Origin: Macrostomum lignano
Taxonomy: Eukaryota
Direction of reading: 5' to 3'
NCBI GenBank assembly: GCA_002269645.1
Contig: NIVC01000565.1
Span: forward strand, 1-35,308
Length of the DNA stretch: 35,308 nucleotides
Under the pieces are notes generated by a model. That model was not told the DNA's origin. It did not search any database and saw nothing but the letters and a program-made list of their open reading frames with translations. Shown piece by piece: positions 9,059 to 21,600 of the stretch (position 1 is the stretch's first letter; each line of letters starts with the position of its first letter). The position numbers and the translations under genes are program-made.

Positions 9059-9148
9059 CTTTAGGAAAAGTGAAAGGCAGAAGTATTGAAACAAGTTGAT
9101 CTCAGTGGTTTTGACTTCATGAAAATAATATCACCTAGCAGCACATAC

Positions 9149-9240
9149 CTCCGACCATGGAGTGTAGGTCAATCTGGAAAATCTGTCAGAATCGTTAATA
9201 GTCAGGTAGGGATAATCAACCTGGTCTGGCTCTCCCGTAA
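9149..9240 (-). CDS. Exon: linker and start of TSP1-like repeat (TGEPDQVDYPYLTINDSDRFSRLTYTPWSE)
   Basis: tttttttCAG acceptor, GTATGT donor. Only one of three frames is open; it ends in WSE, which joins C of the next exon to give the TSP1 WSxC motif. Confidence 0.8.
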
Positions 9241-9308
9241 CTGAAAAAAATCGGACAAAGATATTTCTAAAAAGAGAAAAATAGAAACAGCAGATGTTAC
9301 CGACTCAC

Positions 9309-9327
9309 TTGCGATTTCACGAACGTT
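9309..9327 (-). CDS. 19-nt micro-exon (NVREIA + first base of I), phase 0 to 1
   Basis: Acceptor ctttttgttgCAG (9328-9330) and donor GTGAGT (9303-9308). Its leftover A completes ATT with the next exon, which is open in only that frame. Confidence 0.7.
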
Positions 9328-9650
9328 CTGCAACAAAAAGGCAATAAGACAAGAGTCAAATCTACGACTATTCAAAAAACAGTCAAAGCTGGAAAAAAAC
9401 TACTTGCCCCGAAATCGACTTCCGGCATGAAAAGAGAATCTCTAGTGGGAGTGGGCCGCAACACTGAAATTGTTATCAAAGTACTTAAAAAACTTCTTGA
9501 ATAAAAATATTATAGCACTAAAAATTTATAGCACTACTAAAATCAGTAATATCAATGTTTATACGCCCGAAACAGAAGACTTTGTTACTAAATCCGATTT
9601 TTCAGTAAAGCCAACAATATCAATGTTTAGTGCTCGCAGACGGTCGAAAA

Positions 9651-12600
9651 GCTCAATGTCGGGCCTGTCGCTTCTGGTACACTCACGCTCGGCGTCTCGA
9701 CACTGGCGGCGCTTGTGGCTTCCGGTTCCGCAGTGGAAACAGTAGACGCAGACGCAGTGCTCGCAGTCTCGGCCTCGCTGCTGGGCGTCGCGCCACTCAC
9801 GGTCGAGCTCTCAACTGTCTGTGTCGACTCCGTGCTCAATGTCGGGCCTGTCGCTTCTGGTACACTCACGCTCGGCGTCTCGACACTGGCGGCGCTTGTG
9901 GCTTCCGGTTCCGCAGTGGAAACAGTAGACGCAGACGCAGTGCTCGCAGTCTCGGCCTCGCTGCTGGGCGTCGCGCCACTCACGGTCGAGCTCTCAACTG
10001 TCTGTGTCGACTCCGTGCTCAATGTCGGGCCTGTCGCTTCTGGTACACTCACGCTCGGCGTCTCGACACTGGCGGCGCTTGTGGCTTCCGGTTCCGCAGT
10101 GGAAACAGTAGACGCAGACGCAGTGCTCGCAGTCTCGGCCTCGCTGCTGGGCGTCGCGCCACTCACGGTCGAGCTCTCAACTGTCTGTGTCGACTCCGTG
10201 CTCAATGTCGGGCCTGTCGCTTCTGGTACACTCACGCTCGGCGTCTCGACACTGGCGGCGCTTGTGGCTTCCGGTTCCGCAGTGGAAACAGTAGACGCAG
10301 ACGCAGTGCTCGCAGTCTCGGCCTCGCTGCTGGGCGTCGCGCCACTCACGGTCGAGCTCTCAACTGTCTGTGTCGACTCCGTGCTCAATGTCGGGCCTGT
10401 CGCTTCTGGTACACTCACGCTCGGCGTCTCGACACTGGCGGCGCTTGTGGCTTCCGGTTCCGCAGTGGAAACAGTAGACGCAGACGCAGTGCTCGCAGTC
10501 TCGGCCTCGCTGCTGGGCGTCGCGCCACTCACGGTCGAGCTCTCAACTGTCTGTGTCGACTCCGTGCTCAATGTCGGGCCTGTCGCTTCTGGTACACTCA
10601 CGCTCGGCGTCTCGACACTGGCGGCGCTTGTGGCTTCCGGTTCCGCAGTGGAAACAGTAGACGCAGACGCAGTGCTCGCAGTCTCGGCCTCGCTGCTGGG
10701 CGTCGCGCCACTCACGGTCGAGCTCTCAACTGTCTGTGTCGACTCCGTGCTCAATGTCGGGCCTGTCGCTTCTGGTACACTCACGCTCGGCGTCTCGACA
10801 CTGGCGGCGCTTGTGGCTTCCGGTTCCGCAGTGGAAACAGTAGACGCAGACGCAGTGCTCGCAGTCTCGGCCTCGCTGCTGGGCGTCGCGCCACTCACGG
10901 TCGAGCTCTCAACTGTCTGTGTCGACTCCGTGCTCAATGTCGGGCCTGTCGCTTCTGGTACACTCACGCTCGGCGTCTCGACACTGGCGGCGCTTGTGGC
11001 TTCCGGTTCCGCAGTGGAAACAGTAGACGCAGACGCAGTGCTCGCAGTCTCGGCCTCGCTGCTGGGCGTCGCGCCACTCACGGTCGAGCTCTCAACTGTC
11101 TGTGTCGACTCCGTGCTCAATGTCGGGCCTGTCGCTTCTGGTACACTCACGCTCGGCGTCTCGACACTGGCGGCGCTTGTGGCTTCCGGTTCCGCAGTGG
11201 AAACAGTAGACGCAGACGCAGTGCTCGCAGTCTCGGCCTCGCTGCTGGGCGTCGCGCCACTCACGGTCGAGCTCTCAACTGTCTGTGTCGACTCCGTGCT
11301 CAATGTCGGGCCTGTCGCTTCTGGTACACTCACGCTCGGCGTCTCGACACTGGCGGCGCTTGTGGCTTCCGGTTCCGCAGTGGAAACAGTAGACGCAGAC
11401 GCAGTGCTCGCAGTCTCGGCCTCGCTGCTGGGCGTCGCGCCACTCACGGTCGAGCTCTCAACTGTCTGTGTCGACTCCGTGCTCAATGTCGGGCCTGTCG
11501 CTTCTGGTACACTCACGCTCGGCGTCTCGACACTGGCGGCGCTTGTGGCTTCCGGTTCCGCAGTGGAAACAGTAGACGCAGACGCAGTGCTCGCAGTCTC
11601 GGCCTCGCTGCTGGGCGTCGCGCCACTCACGGTCGAGCTCTCAACTGTCTGTGTCGACTCCGTGCTCAATGTCGGGCCTGTCGCTTCTGGTACACTCACG
11701 CTCGGCGTCTCGACACTGGCGGCGCTTGTGGCTTCCGGTTCCGCAGTGGAAACAGTAGACGCAGACGCAGTGCTCGCAGTCTCGGCCTCGCTGCTGGGCG
11801 TCGCGCCACTCACGGTCGAGCTCTCAACTGTCTGTGTCGACTCCGTGCTCAATGTCGGGCCTGTCGCTTCTGGTACACTCACGCTCGGCGTCTCGACACT
11901 GGCGGCGCTTGTGGCTTCCGGTTCCGCAGTGGAAACAGTAGACGCAGACGCAGTGCTCGCAGTCTCGGCCTCGCTGCTGGGCGTCGCGCCACTCACGGTC
12001 GAGCTCTCAACTGTCTGTGTCGACTCCGTGCTCAATGTCGGGCCTGTCGCTTCTGGTACACTCACGCTCGGCGTCTCGACACTGGCGGCGCTTGTGGCTT
12101 CCGGTTCCGCAGTGGAAACAGTAGACGCAGACGCAGTGCTCGCAGTCTCGGCCTCGCTGCTGGGCGTCGCGCCACTCACGGTCGAGCTCTCAACTGTCTG
12201 TGTCGACTCCGTGCTCAATGTCGGGCCTGTCGCTTCTGGTACACTCACGCTCGGCGTCTCGACACTGGCGGCGCTTGTGGCTTCCGGTTCCGCAGTGGAA
12301 ACAGTAGACGCAGACGCAGTGCTCGCAGTCTCGGCCTCGCTGCTGGGCGTCGCGCCACTCACGGTCGAGCTCTCAACTGTCTGTGTCGACTCCGTGCTCA
12401 ATGTCGGGCCTGTCGCTTCTGGTACACTCACGCTCGGCGTCTCGACACTGGCGGCGCTTGTGGCTTCCGGTTCCGCAGTGGAAACAGTAGACGCAGACGC
12501 AGTGCTCGCAGTCTCGGCCTCGCTGCTGGGCGTCGCGCCACTCACGGTCGAGCTCTCAACTGTCTGTGTCGACTCCGTGCTCAATGTCGGGCCTGTCGCT

Positions 12601-15600
12601 TCTGGTACACTCACGCTCGGCGTCTCGACACTGGCGGCGCTTGTGGCTTCCGGTTCCGCAGTGGAAACAGTAGACGCAGACGCAGTGCTCGCAGTCTCGG
12701 CCTCGCTGCTGGGCGTCGCGCCACTCACGGTCGAGCTCTCAACTGTCTGTGTCGACTCCGTGCTCAATGTCGGGCCTGTCGCTTCTGGTACACTCACGCT
12801 CGGCGTCTCGACACTGGCGGCGCTTGTGGCTTCCGGTTCCGCAGTGGAAACAGTAGACGCAGACGCAGTGCTCGCAGTCTCGGCCTCGCTGCTGGGCGTC
12901 GCGCCACTCACGGTCGAGCTCTCAACTGTCTGTGTCGACTCCGTGCTCAATGTCGGGCCTGTCGCTTCTGGTACACTCACGCTCGGCGTCTCGACACTGG
13001 CGGCGCTTGTGGCTTCCGGTTCCGCAGTGGAAACAGTAGACGCAGACGCAGTGCTCGCAGTCTCGGCCTCGCTGCTGGGCGTCGCGCCACTCACGGTCGA
13101 GCTCTCAACTGTCTGTGTCGACTCCGTGCTCAATGTCGGGCCTGTCGCTTCTGGTACACTCACGCTCGGCGTCTCGACACTGGCGGCGCTTGTGGCTTCC
13201 GGTTCCGCAGTGGAAACAGTAGACGCAGACGCAGTGCTCGCAGTCTCGGCCTCGCTGCTGGGCGTCGCGCCACTCACGGTCGAGCTCTCAACTGTCTGTG
13301 TCGACTCCGTGCTCAATGTCGGGCCTGTCGCTTCTGGTACACTCACGCTCGGCGTCTCGACACTGGCGGCGCTTGTGGCTTCCGGTTCCGCAGTGGAAAC
13401 AGTAGACGCAGACGCAGTGCTCGCAGTCTCGGCCTCGCTGCTGGGCGTCGCGCCACTCACGGTCGAGCTCTCAACTGTCTGTGTCGACTCCGTGCTCAAT
13501 GTCGGGCCTGTCGCTTCTGGTACACTCACGCTCGGCGTCTCGACACTGGCGGCGCTTGTGGCTTCCGGTTCCGCAGTGGAAACAGTAGACGCAGACGCAG
13601 TGCTCGCAGTCTCGGCCTCGCTGCTGGGCGTCGCGCCACTCACGGTCGAGCTCTCAACTGTCTGTGTCGACTCCGTGCTCAATGTCGGGCCTGTCGCTTC
13701 TGGTACACTCACGCTCGGCGTCTCGACACTGGCGGCGCTTGTGGCTTCCGGTTCCGCAGTGGAAACAGTAGACGCAGACGCAGTGCTCGCAGTCTCGGCC
13801 TCGCTGCTGGGCGTCGCGCCACTCACGGTCGAGCTCTCAACTGTCTGTGTCGACTCCGTGCTCAATGTCGGGCCTGTCGCTTCTGGTACACTCACGCTCG
13901 GCGTCTCGACACTGGCGGCGCTTGTGGCTTCCGGTTCCGCAGTGGAAACAGTAGACGCAGACGCAGTGCTCGCAGTCTCGGCCTCGCTGCTGGGCGTCGC
14001 GCCACTCACGGTCGAGCTCTCAACTGTCTGTGTCGACTCCGTGCTCAATGTCGGGCCTGTCGCTTCTGGTACACTCACGCTCGGCGTCTCGACACTGGCG
14101 GCGCTTGTGGCTTCCGGTTCCGCAGTGGAAACAGTAGACGCAGACGCAGTGCTCGCAGTCTCGGCCTCGCTGCTGGGCGTCGCGCCACTCACGGTCGAGC
14201 TCTCAACTGTCTGTGTCGACTCCGTGCTCAATGTCGGGCCTGTCGCTTCTGGTACACTCACGCTCGGCGTCTCGACACTGGCGGCGCTTGTGGCTTCCGG
14301 TTCCGCAGTGGAAACAGTAGACGCAGACGCAGTGCTCGCAGTCTCGGCCTCGCTGCTGGGCGTCGCGCCACTCACGGTCGAGCTCTCAACTGTCTGTGTC
14401 GACTCCGTGCTCAATGTCGGGCCTGTCGCTTCTGGTACACTCACGCTCGGCGTCTCGACACTGGCGGCGCTTGTGGCTTCCGGTTCCGCAGTGGAAACAG
14501 TAGACGCAGACGCAGTGCTCGCAGTCTCGGCCTCGCTGCTGGGCGTCGCGCCACTCACGGTCGAGCTCTCAACTGTCTGTGTCGACTCCGTGCTCAATGT
14601 CGGGCCTGTCGCTTCTGGTACACTCACGCTCGGCGTCTCGACACTGGCGGCGCTTGTGGCTTCCGGTTCCGCAGTGGAAACAGTAGACGCAGACGCAGTG
14701 CTCGCAGTCTCGGCCTCGCTGCTGGGCGTCGCGCCACTCACGGTCGAGCTCTCAACTGTCTGTGTCGACTCCGTGCTCAATGTCGGGCCTGTCGCTTCTG
14801 GTACACTCACGCTCGGCGTCTCGACACTGGCGGCGCTTGTGGCTTCCGGTTCCGCAGTGGAAACAGTAGACGCAGACGCAGTGCTCGCAGTCTCGGCCTC
14901 GCTGCTGGGCGTCGCGCCACTCACGGTCGAGCTCTCAACTGTCTGTGTCGACTCCGTGCTCAATGTCGGGCCTGTCGCTTCTGGTACACTCACGCTCGGC
15001 GTCTCGACACTGGCGGCGCTTGTGGCTTCCGGTTCCGCAGTGGAAACAGTAGACGCAGACGCAGTGCTCGCAGTCTCGGCCTCGCTGCTGGGCGTCGCGC
15101 CACTCACGGTCGAGCTCTCAACTGTCTGTGTCGACTCCGTGCTCAATGTCGGGCCTGTCGCTTCTGGTACACTCACGCTCGGCGTCTCGACACTGGCGGC
15201 GCTTGTGGCTTCCGGTTCCGCAGTGGAAACAGTAGACGCAGACGCAGTGCTCGCAGTCTCGGCCTCGCTGCTGGGCGTCGCGCCACTCACGGTCGAGCTC
15301 TCAACTGTCTGTGTCGACTCCGTGCTCAATGTCGGGCCTGTCGCTTCTGGTACACTCACGCTCGGCGTCTCGACACTGGCGGCGCTTGTGGCTTCCGGTT
15401 CCGCAGTGGAAACAGTAGACGCAGACGCAGTGCTCGCAGTCTCGGCCTCGCTGCTGGGCGTCGCGCCACTCACGGTCGAGCTCTCAACTGTCTGTGTCGA
15501 CTCCGTGCTCAATGTCGGGCCTGTCGCTTCTGGTACACTCACGCTCGGCGTCTCGACACTGGCGGCGCTTGTGGCTTCCGGTTCCGCAGTGGAAACAGTA

Positions 15601-18600
15601 GACGCAGACGCAGTGCTCGCAGTCTCGGCCTCGCTGCTGGGCGTCGCGCCACTCACGGTCGAGCTCTCAACTGTCTGTGTCGACTCCGTGCTCAATGTCG
15701 GGCCTGTCGCTTCTGGTACACTCACGCTCGGCGTCTCGACACTGGCGGCGCTTGTGGCTTCCGGTTCCGCAGTGGAAACAGTAGACGCAGACGCAGTGCT
15801 CGCAGTCTCGGCCTCGCTGCTGGGCGTCGCGCCACTCACGGTCGAGCTCTCAACTGTCTGTGTCGACTCCGTGCTCAATGTCGGGCCTGTCGCTTCTGGT
15901 ACACTCACGCTCGGCGTCTCGACACTGGCGGCGCTTGTGGCTTCCGGTTCCGCAGTGGAAACAGTAGACGCAGACGCAGTGCTCGCAGTCTCGGCCTCGC
16001 TGCTGGGCGTCGCGCCACTCACGGTCGAGCTCTCAACTGTCTGTGTCGACTCCGTGCTCAATGTCGGGCCTGTCGCTTCTGGTACACTCACGCTCGGCGT
16101 CTCGACACTGGCGGCGCTTGTGGCTTCCGGTTCCGCAGTGGAAACAGTAGACGCAGACGCAGTGCTCGCAGTCTCGGCCTCGCTGCTGGGCGTCGCGCCA
16201 CTCACGGTCGAGCTCTCAACTGTCTGTGTCGACTCCGTGCTCAATGTCGGGCCTGTCGCTTCTGGTACACTCACGCTCGGCGTCTCGACACTGGCGGCGC
16301 TTGTGGCTTCCGGTTCCGCAGTGGAAACAGTAGACGCAGACGCAGTGCTCGCAGTCTCGGCCTCGCTGCTGGGCGTCGCGCCACTCACGGTCGAGCTCTC
16401 AACTGTCTGTGTCGACTCCGTGCTCAATGTCGGGCCTGTCGCTTCTGGTACACTCACGCTCGGCGTCTCGACACTGGCGGCGCTTGTGGCTTCCGGTTCC
16501 GCAGTGGAAACAGTAGACGCAGACGCAGTGCTCGCAGTCTCGGCCTCGCTGCTGGGCGTCGCGCCACTCACGGTCGAGCTCTCAACTGTCTGTGTCGACT
16601 CCGTGCTCAATGTCGGGCCTGTCGCTTCTGGTACACTCACGCTCGGCGTCTCGACACTGGCGGCGCTTGTGGCTTCCGGTTCCGCAGTGGAAACAGTAGA
16701 CGCAGACGCAGTGCTCGCAGTCTCGGCCTCGCTGCTGGGCGTCGCGCCACTCACGGTCGAGCTCTCAACTGTCTGTGTCGACTCCGTGCTCAATGTCGGG
16801 CCTGTCGCTTCTGGTACACTCACGCTCGGCGTCTCGACACTGGCGGCGCTTGTGGCTTCCGGTTCCGCAGTGGAAACAGTAGACGCAGACGCAGTGCTCG
16901 CAGTCTCGGCCTCGCTGCTGGGCGTCGCGCCACTCACGGTCGAGCTCTCAACTGTCTGTGTCGACTCCGTGCTCAATGTCGGGCCTGTCGCTTCTGGTAC
17001 ACTCACGCTCGGCGTCTCGACACTGGCGGCGCTTGTGGCTTCCGGTTCCGCAGTGGAAACAGTAGACGCAGACGCAGTGCTCGCAGTCTCGGCCTCGCTG
17101 CTGGGCGTCGCGCCACTCACGGTCGAGCTCTCAACTGTCTGTGTCGACTCCGTGCTCAATGTCGGGCCTGTCGCTTCTGGTACACTCACGCTCGGCGTCT
17201 CGACACTGGCGGCGCTTGTGGCTTCCGGTTCCGCAGTGGAAACAGTAGACGCAGACGCAGTGCTCGCAGTCTCGGCCTCGCTGCTGGGCGTCGCGCCACT
17301 CACGGTCGAGCTCTCAACTGTCTGTGTCGACTCCGTGCTCAATGTCGGGCCTGTCGCTTCTGGTACACTCACGCTCGGCGTCTCGACACTGGCGGCGCTT
17401 GTGGCTTCCGGTTCCGCAGTGGAAACAGTAGACGCAGACGCAGTGCTCGCAGTCTCGGCCTCGCTGCTGGGCGTCGCGCCACTCACGGTCGAGCTCTCAA
17501 CTGTCTGTGTCGACTCCGTGCTCAATGTCGGGCCTGTCGCTTCTGGTACACTCACGCTCGGCGTCTCGACACTGGCGGCGCTTGTGGCTTCCGGTTCCGC
17601 AGTGGAAACAGTAGACGCAGACGCAGTGCTCGCAGTCTCGGCCTCGCTGCTGGGCGTCGCGCCACTCACGGTCGAGCTCTCAACTGTCTGTGTCGACTCC
17701 GTGCTCAATGTCGGGCCTGTCGCTTCTGGTACACTCACGCTCGGCGTCTCGACACTGGCGGCGCTTGTGGCTTCCGGTTCCGCAGTGGAAACAGTAGACG
17801 CAGACGCAGTGCTCGCAGTCTCGGCCTCGCTGCTGGGCGTCGCGCCACTCACGGTCGAGCTCTCAACTGTCTGTGTCGACTCCGTGCTCAATGTCGGGCC
17901 TGTCGCTTCTGGTACACTCACGCTCGGCGTCTCGACACTGGCGGCGCTTGTGGCTTCCGGTTCCGCAGTGGAAACAGTAGACGCAGACGCAGTGCTCGCA
18001 GTCTCGGCCTCGCTGCTGGGCGTCGCGCCACTCACGGTCGAGCTCTCAACTGTCTGTGTCGACTCCGTGCTCAATGTCGGGCCTGTCGCTTCTGGTACAC
18101 TCACGCTCGGCGTCTCGACACTGGCGGCGCTTGTGGCTTCCGGTTCCGCAGTGGAAACAGTAGACGCAGACGCAGTGCTCGCAGTCTCGGCCTCGCTGCT
18201 GGGCGTCGCGCCACTCACGGTCGAGCTCTCAACTGTCTGTGTCGACTCCGTGCTCAATGTCGGGCCTGTCGCTTCTGGTACACTCACGCTCGGCGTCTCG
18301 ACACTGGCGGCGCTTGTGGCTTCCGGTTCCGCAGTGGAAACAGTAGACGCAGACGCAGTGCTCGCAGTCTCGGCCTCGCTGCTGGGCGTCGCGCCACTCA
18401 CGGTCGAGCTCTCAACTGTCTGTGTCGACTCCGTGCTCAATGTCGGGCCTGTCGCTTCTGGTACACTCACGCTCGGCGTCTCGACACTGGCGGCGCTTGT
18501 GGCTTCCGGTTCCGCAGTGGAAACAGTAGACGCAGACGCAGTGCTCGCAGTCTCGGCCTCGCTGCTGGGCGTCGCGCCACTCACGGTCGAGCTCTCAACT

Positions 18601-21600
18601 GTCTGTGTCGACTCCGTGCTCAATGTCGGGCCTGTCGCTTCTGGTACACTCACGCTCGGCGTCTCGACACTGGCGGCGCTTGTGGCTTCCGGTTCCGCAG
18701 TGGAAACAGTAGACGCAGACGCAGTGCTCGCAGTCTCGGCCTCGCTGCTGGGCGTCGCGCCACTCACGGTCGAGCTCTCAACTGTCTGTGTCGACTCCGT
18801 GCTCAATGTCGGGCCTGTCGCTTCTGGTACACTCACGCTCGGCGTCTCGACACTGGCGGCGCTTGTGGCTTCCGGTTCCGCAGTGGAAACAGTAGACGCA
18901 GACGCAGTGCTCGCAGTCTCGGCCTCGCTGCTGGGCGTCGCGCCACTCACGGTCGAGCTCTCAACTGTCTGTGTCGACTCCGTGCTCAATGTCGGGCCTG
19001 TCGCTTCTGGTACACTCACGCTCGGCGTCTCGACACTGGCGGCGCTTGTGGCTTCCGGTTCCGCAGTGGAAACAGTAGACGCAGACGCAGTGCTCGCAGT
19101 CTCGGCCTCGCTGCTGGGCGTCGCGCCACTCACGGTCGAGCTCTCAACTGTCTGTGTCGACTCCGTGCTCAATGTCGGGCCTGTCGCTTCTGGTACACTC
19201 ACGCTCGGCGTCTCGACACTGGCGGCGCTTGTGGCTTCCGGTTCCGCAGTGGAAACAGTAGACGCAGACGCAGTGCTCGCAGTCTCGGCCTCGCTGCTGG
19301 GCGTCGCGCCACTCACGGTCGAGCTCTCAACTGTCTGTGTCGACTCCGTGCTCAATGTCGGGCCTGTCGCTTCTGGTACACTCACGCTCGGCGTCTCGAC
19401 ACTGGCGGCGCTTGTGGCTTCCGGTTCCGCAGTGGAAACAGTAGACGCAGACGCAGTGCTCGCAGTCTCGGCCTCGCTGCTGGGCGTCGCGCCACTCACG
19501 GTCGAGCTCTCAACTGTCTGTGTCGACTCCGTGCTCAATGTCGGGCCTGTCGCTTCTGGTACACTCACGCTCGGCGTCTCGACACTGGCGGCGCTTGTGG
19601 CTTCCGGTTCCGCAGTGGAAACAGTAGACGCAGACGCAGTGCTCGCAGTCTCGGCCTCGCTGCTGGGCGTCGCGCCACTCACGGTCGAGCTCTCAACTGT
19701 CTGTGTCGACTCCGTGCTCAATGTCGGGCCTGTCGCTTCTGGTACACTCACGCTCGGCGTCTCGACACTGGCGGCGCTTGTGGCTTCCGGTTCCGCAGTG
19801 GAAACAGTAGACGCAGACGCAGTGCTCGCAGTCTCGGCCTCGCTGCTGGGCGTCGCGCCACTCACGGTCGAGCTCTCAACTGTCTGTGTCGACTCCGTGC
19901 TCAATGTCGGGCCTGTCGCTTCTGGTACACTCACGCTCGGCGTCTCGACACTGGCGGCGCTTGTGGCTTCCGGTTCCGCAGTGGAAACAGTAGACGCAGA
20001 CGCAGTGCTCGCAGTCTCGGCCTCGCTGCTGGGCGTCGCGCCACTCACGGTCGAGCTCTCAACTGTCTGTGTCGACTCCGTGCTCAATGTCGGGCCTGTC
20101 GCTTCTGGTACACTCACGCTCGGCGTCTCGACACTGGCGGCGCTTGTGGCTTCCGGTTCCGCAGTGGAAACAGTAGACGCAGACGCAGTGCTCGCAGTCT
20201 CGGCCTCGCTGCTGGGCGTCGCGCCACTCACGGTCGAGCTCTCAACTGTCTGTGTCGACTCCGTGCTCAATGTCGGGCCTGTCGCTTCTGGTACACTCAC
20301 GCTCGGCGTCTCGACACTGGCGGCGCTTGTGGCTTCCGGTTCCGCAGTGGAAACAGTAGACGCAGACGCAGTGCTCGCAGTCTCGGCCTCGCTGCTGGGC
20401 GTCGCGCCACTCACGGTCGAGCTCTCAACTGTCTGTGTCGACTCCGTGCTCAATGTCGGGCCTGTCGCTTCTGGTACACTCACGCTCGGCGTCTCGACAC
20501 TGGCGGCGCTTGTGGCTTCCGGTTCCGCAGTGGAAACAGTAGACGCAGACGCAGTGCTCGCAGTCTCGGCCTCGCTGCTGGGCGTCGCGCCACTCACGGT
20601 CGAGCTCTCAACTGTCTGTGTCGACTCCGTGCTCAATGTCGGGCCTGTCGCTTCTGGTACACTCACGCTCGGCGTCTCGACACTGGCGGCGCTTGTGGCT
20701 TCCGGTTCCGCAGTGGAAACAGTAGACGCAGACGCAGTGCTCGCAGTCTCGGCCTCGCTGCTGGGCGTCGCGCCACTCACGGTCGAGCTCTCAACTGTCT
20801 GTGTCGACTCCGTGCTCAATGTCGGGCCTGTCGCTTCTGGTACACTCACGCTCGGCGTCTCGACACTGGCGGCGCTTGTGGCTTCCGGTTCCGCAGTGGA
20901 AACAGTAGACGCAGACGCAGTGCTCGCAGTCTCGGCCTCGCTGCTGGGCGTCGCGCCACTCACGGTCGAGCTCTCAACTGTCTGTGTCGACTCCGTGCTC
21001 AATGTCGGGCCTGTCGCTTCTGGTACACTCACGCTCGGCGTCTCGACACTGGCGGCGCTTGTGGCTTCCGGTTCCGCAGTGGAAACAGTAGACGCAGACG
21101 CAGTGCTCGCAGTCTCGGCCTCGCTGCTGGGCGTCGCGCCACTCACGGTCGAGCTCTCAACTGTCTGTGTCGACTCCGTGCTCAATGTCGGGCCTGTCGC
21201 TTCTGGTACACTCACGCTCGGCGTCTCGACACTGGCGGCGCTTGTGGCTTCCGGTTCCGCAGTGGAAACAGTAGACGCAGACGCAGTGCTCGCAGTCTCG
21301 GCCTCGCTGCTGGGCGTCGCGCCACTCACGGTCGAGCTCTCAACTGTCTGTGTCGACTCCGTGCTCAATGTCGGGCCTGTCGCTTCTGGTACACTCACGC
21401 TCGGCGTCTCGACACTGGCGGCGCTTGTGGCTTCCGGTTCCGCAGTGGAAACAGTAGACGCAGACGCAGTGCTCGCAGTCTCGGCCTCGCTGCTGGGCGT
21501 CGCGCCACTCACGGTCGAGCTCTCAACTGTCTGTGTCGACTCCGTGCTCAATGTCGGGCCTGTCGCTTCTGGTACACTCACGCTCGGCGTCTCGACACTG

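Noticed and set aside
2538-9064. Assorted plus-strand and alternative-frame ORFs overlapping the exons (e.g. 2538-2966, 4886-5422, 6649-7125, 8669-9064, 3179-3622)
   Set aside because: Shadow ORFs of GC-rich exons, or intronic sequence without recognisable motifs.
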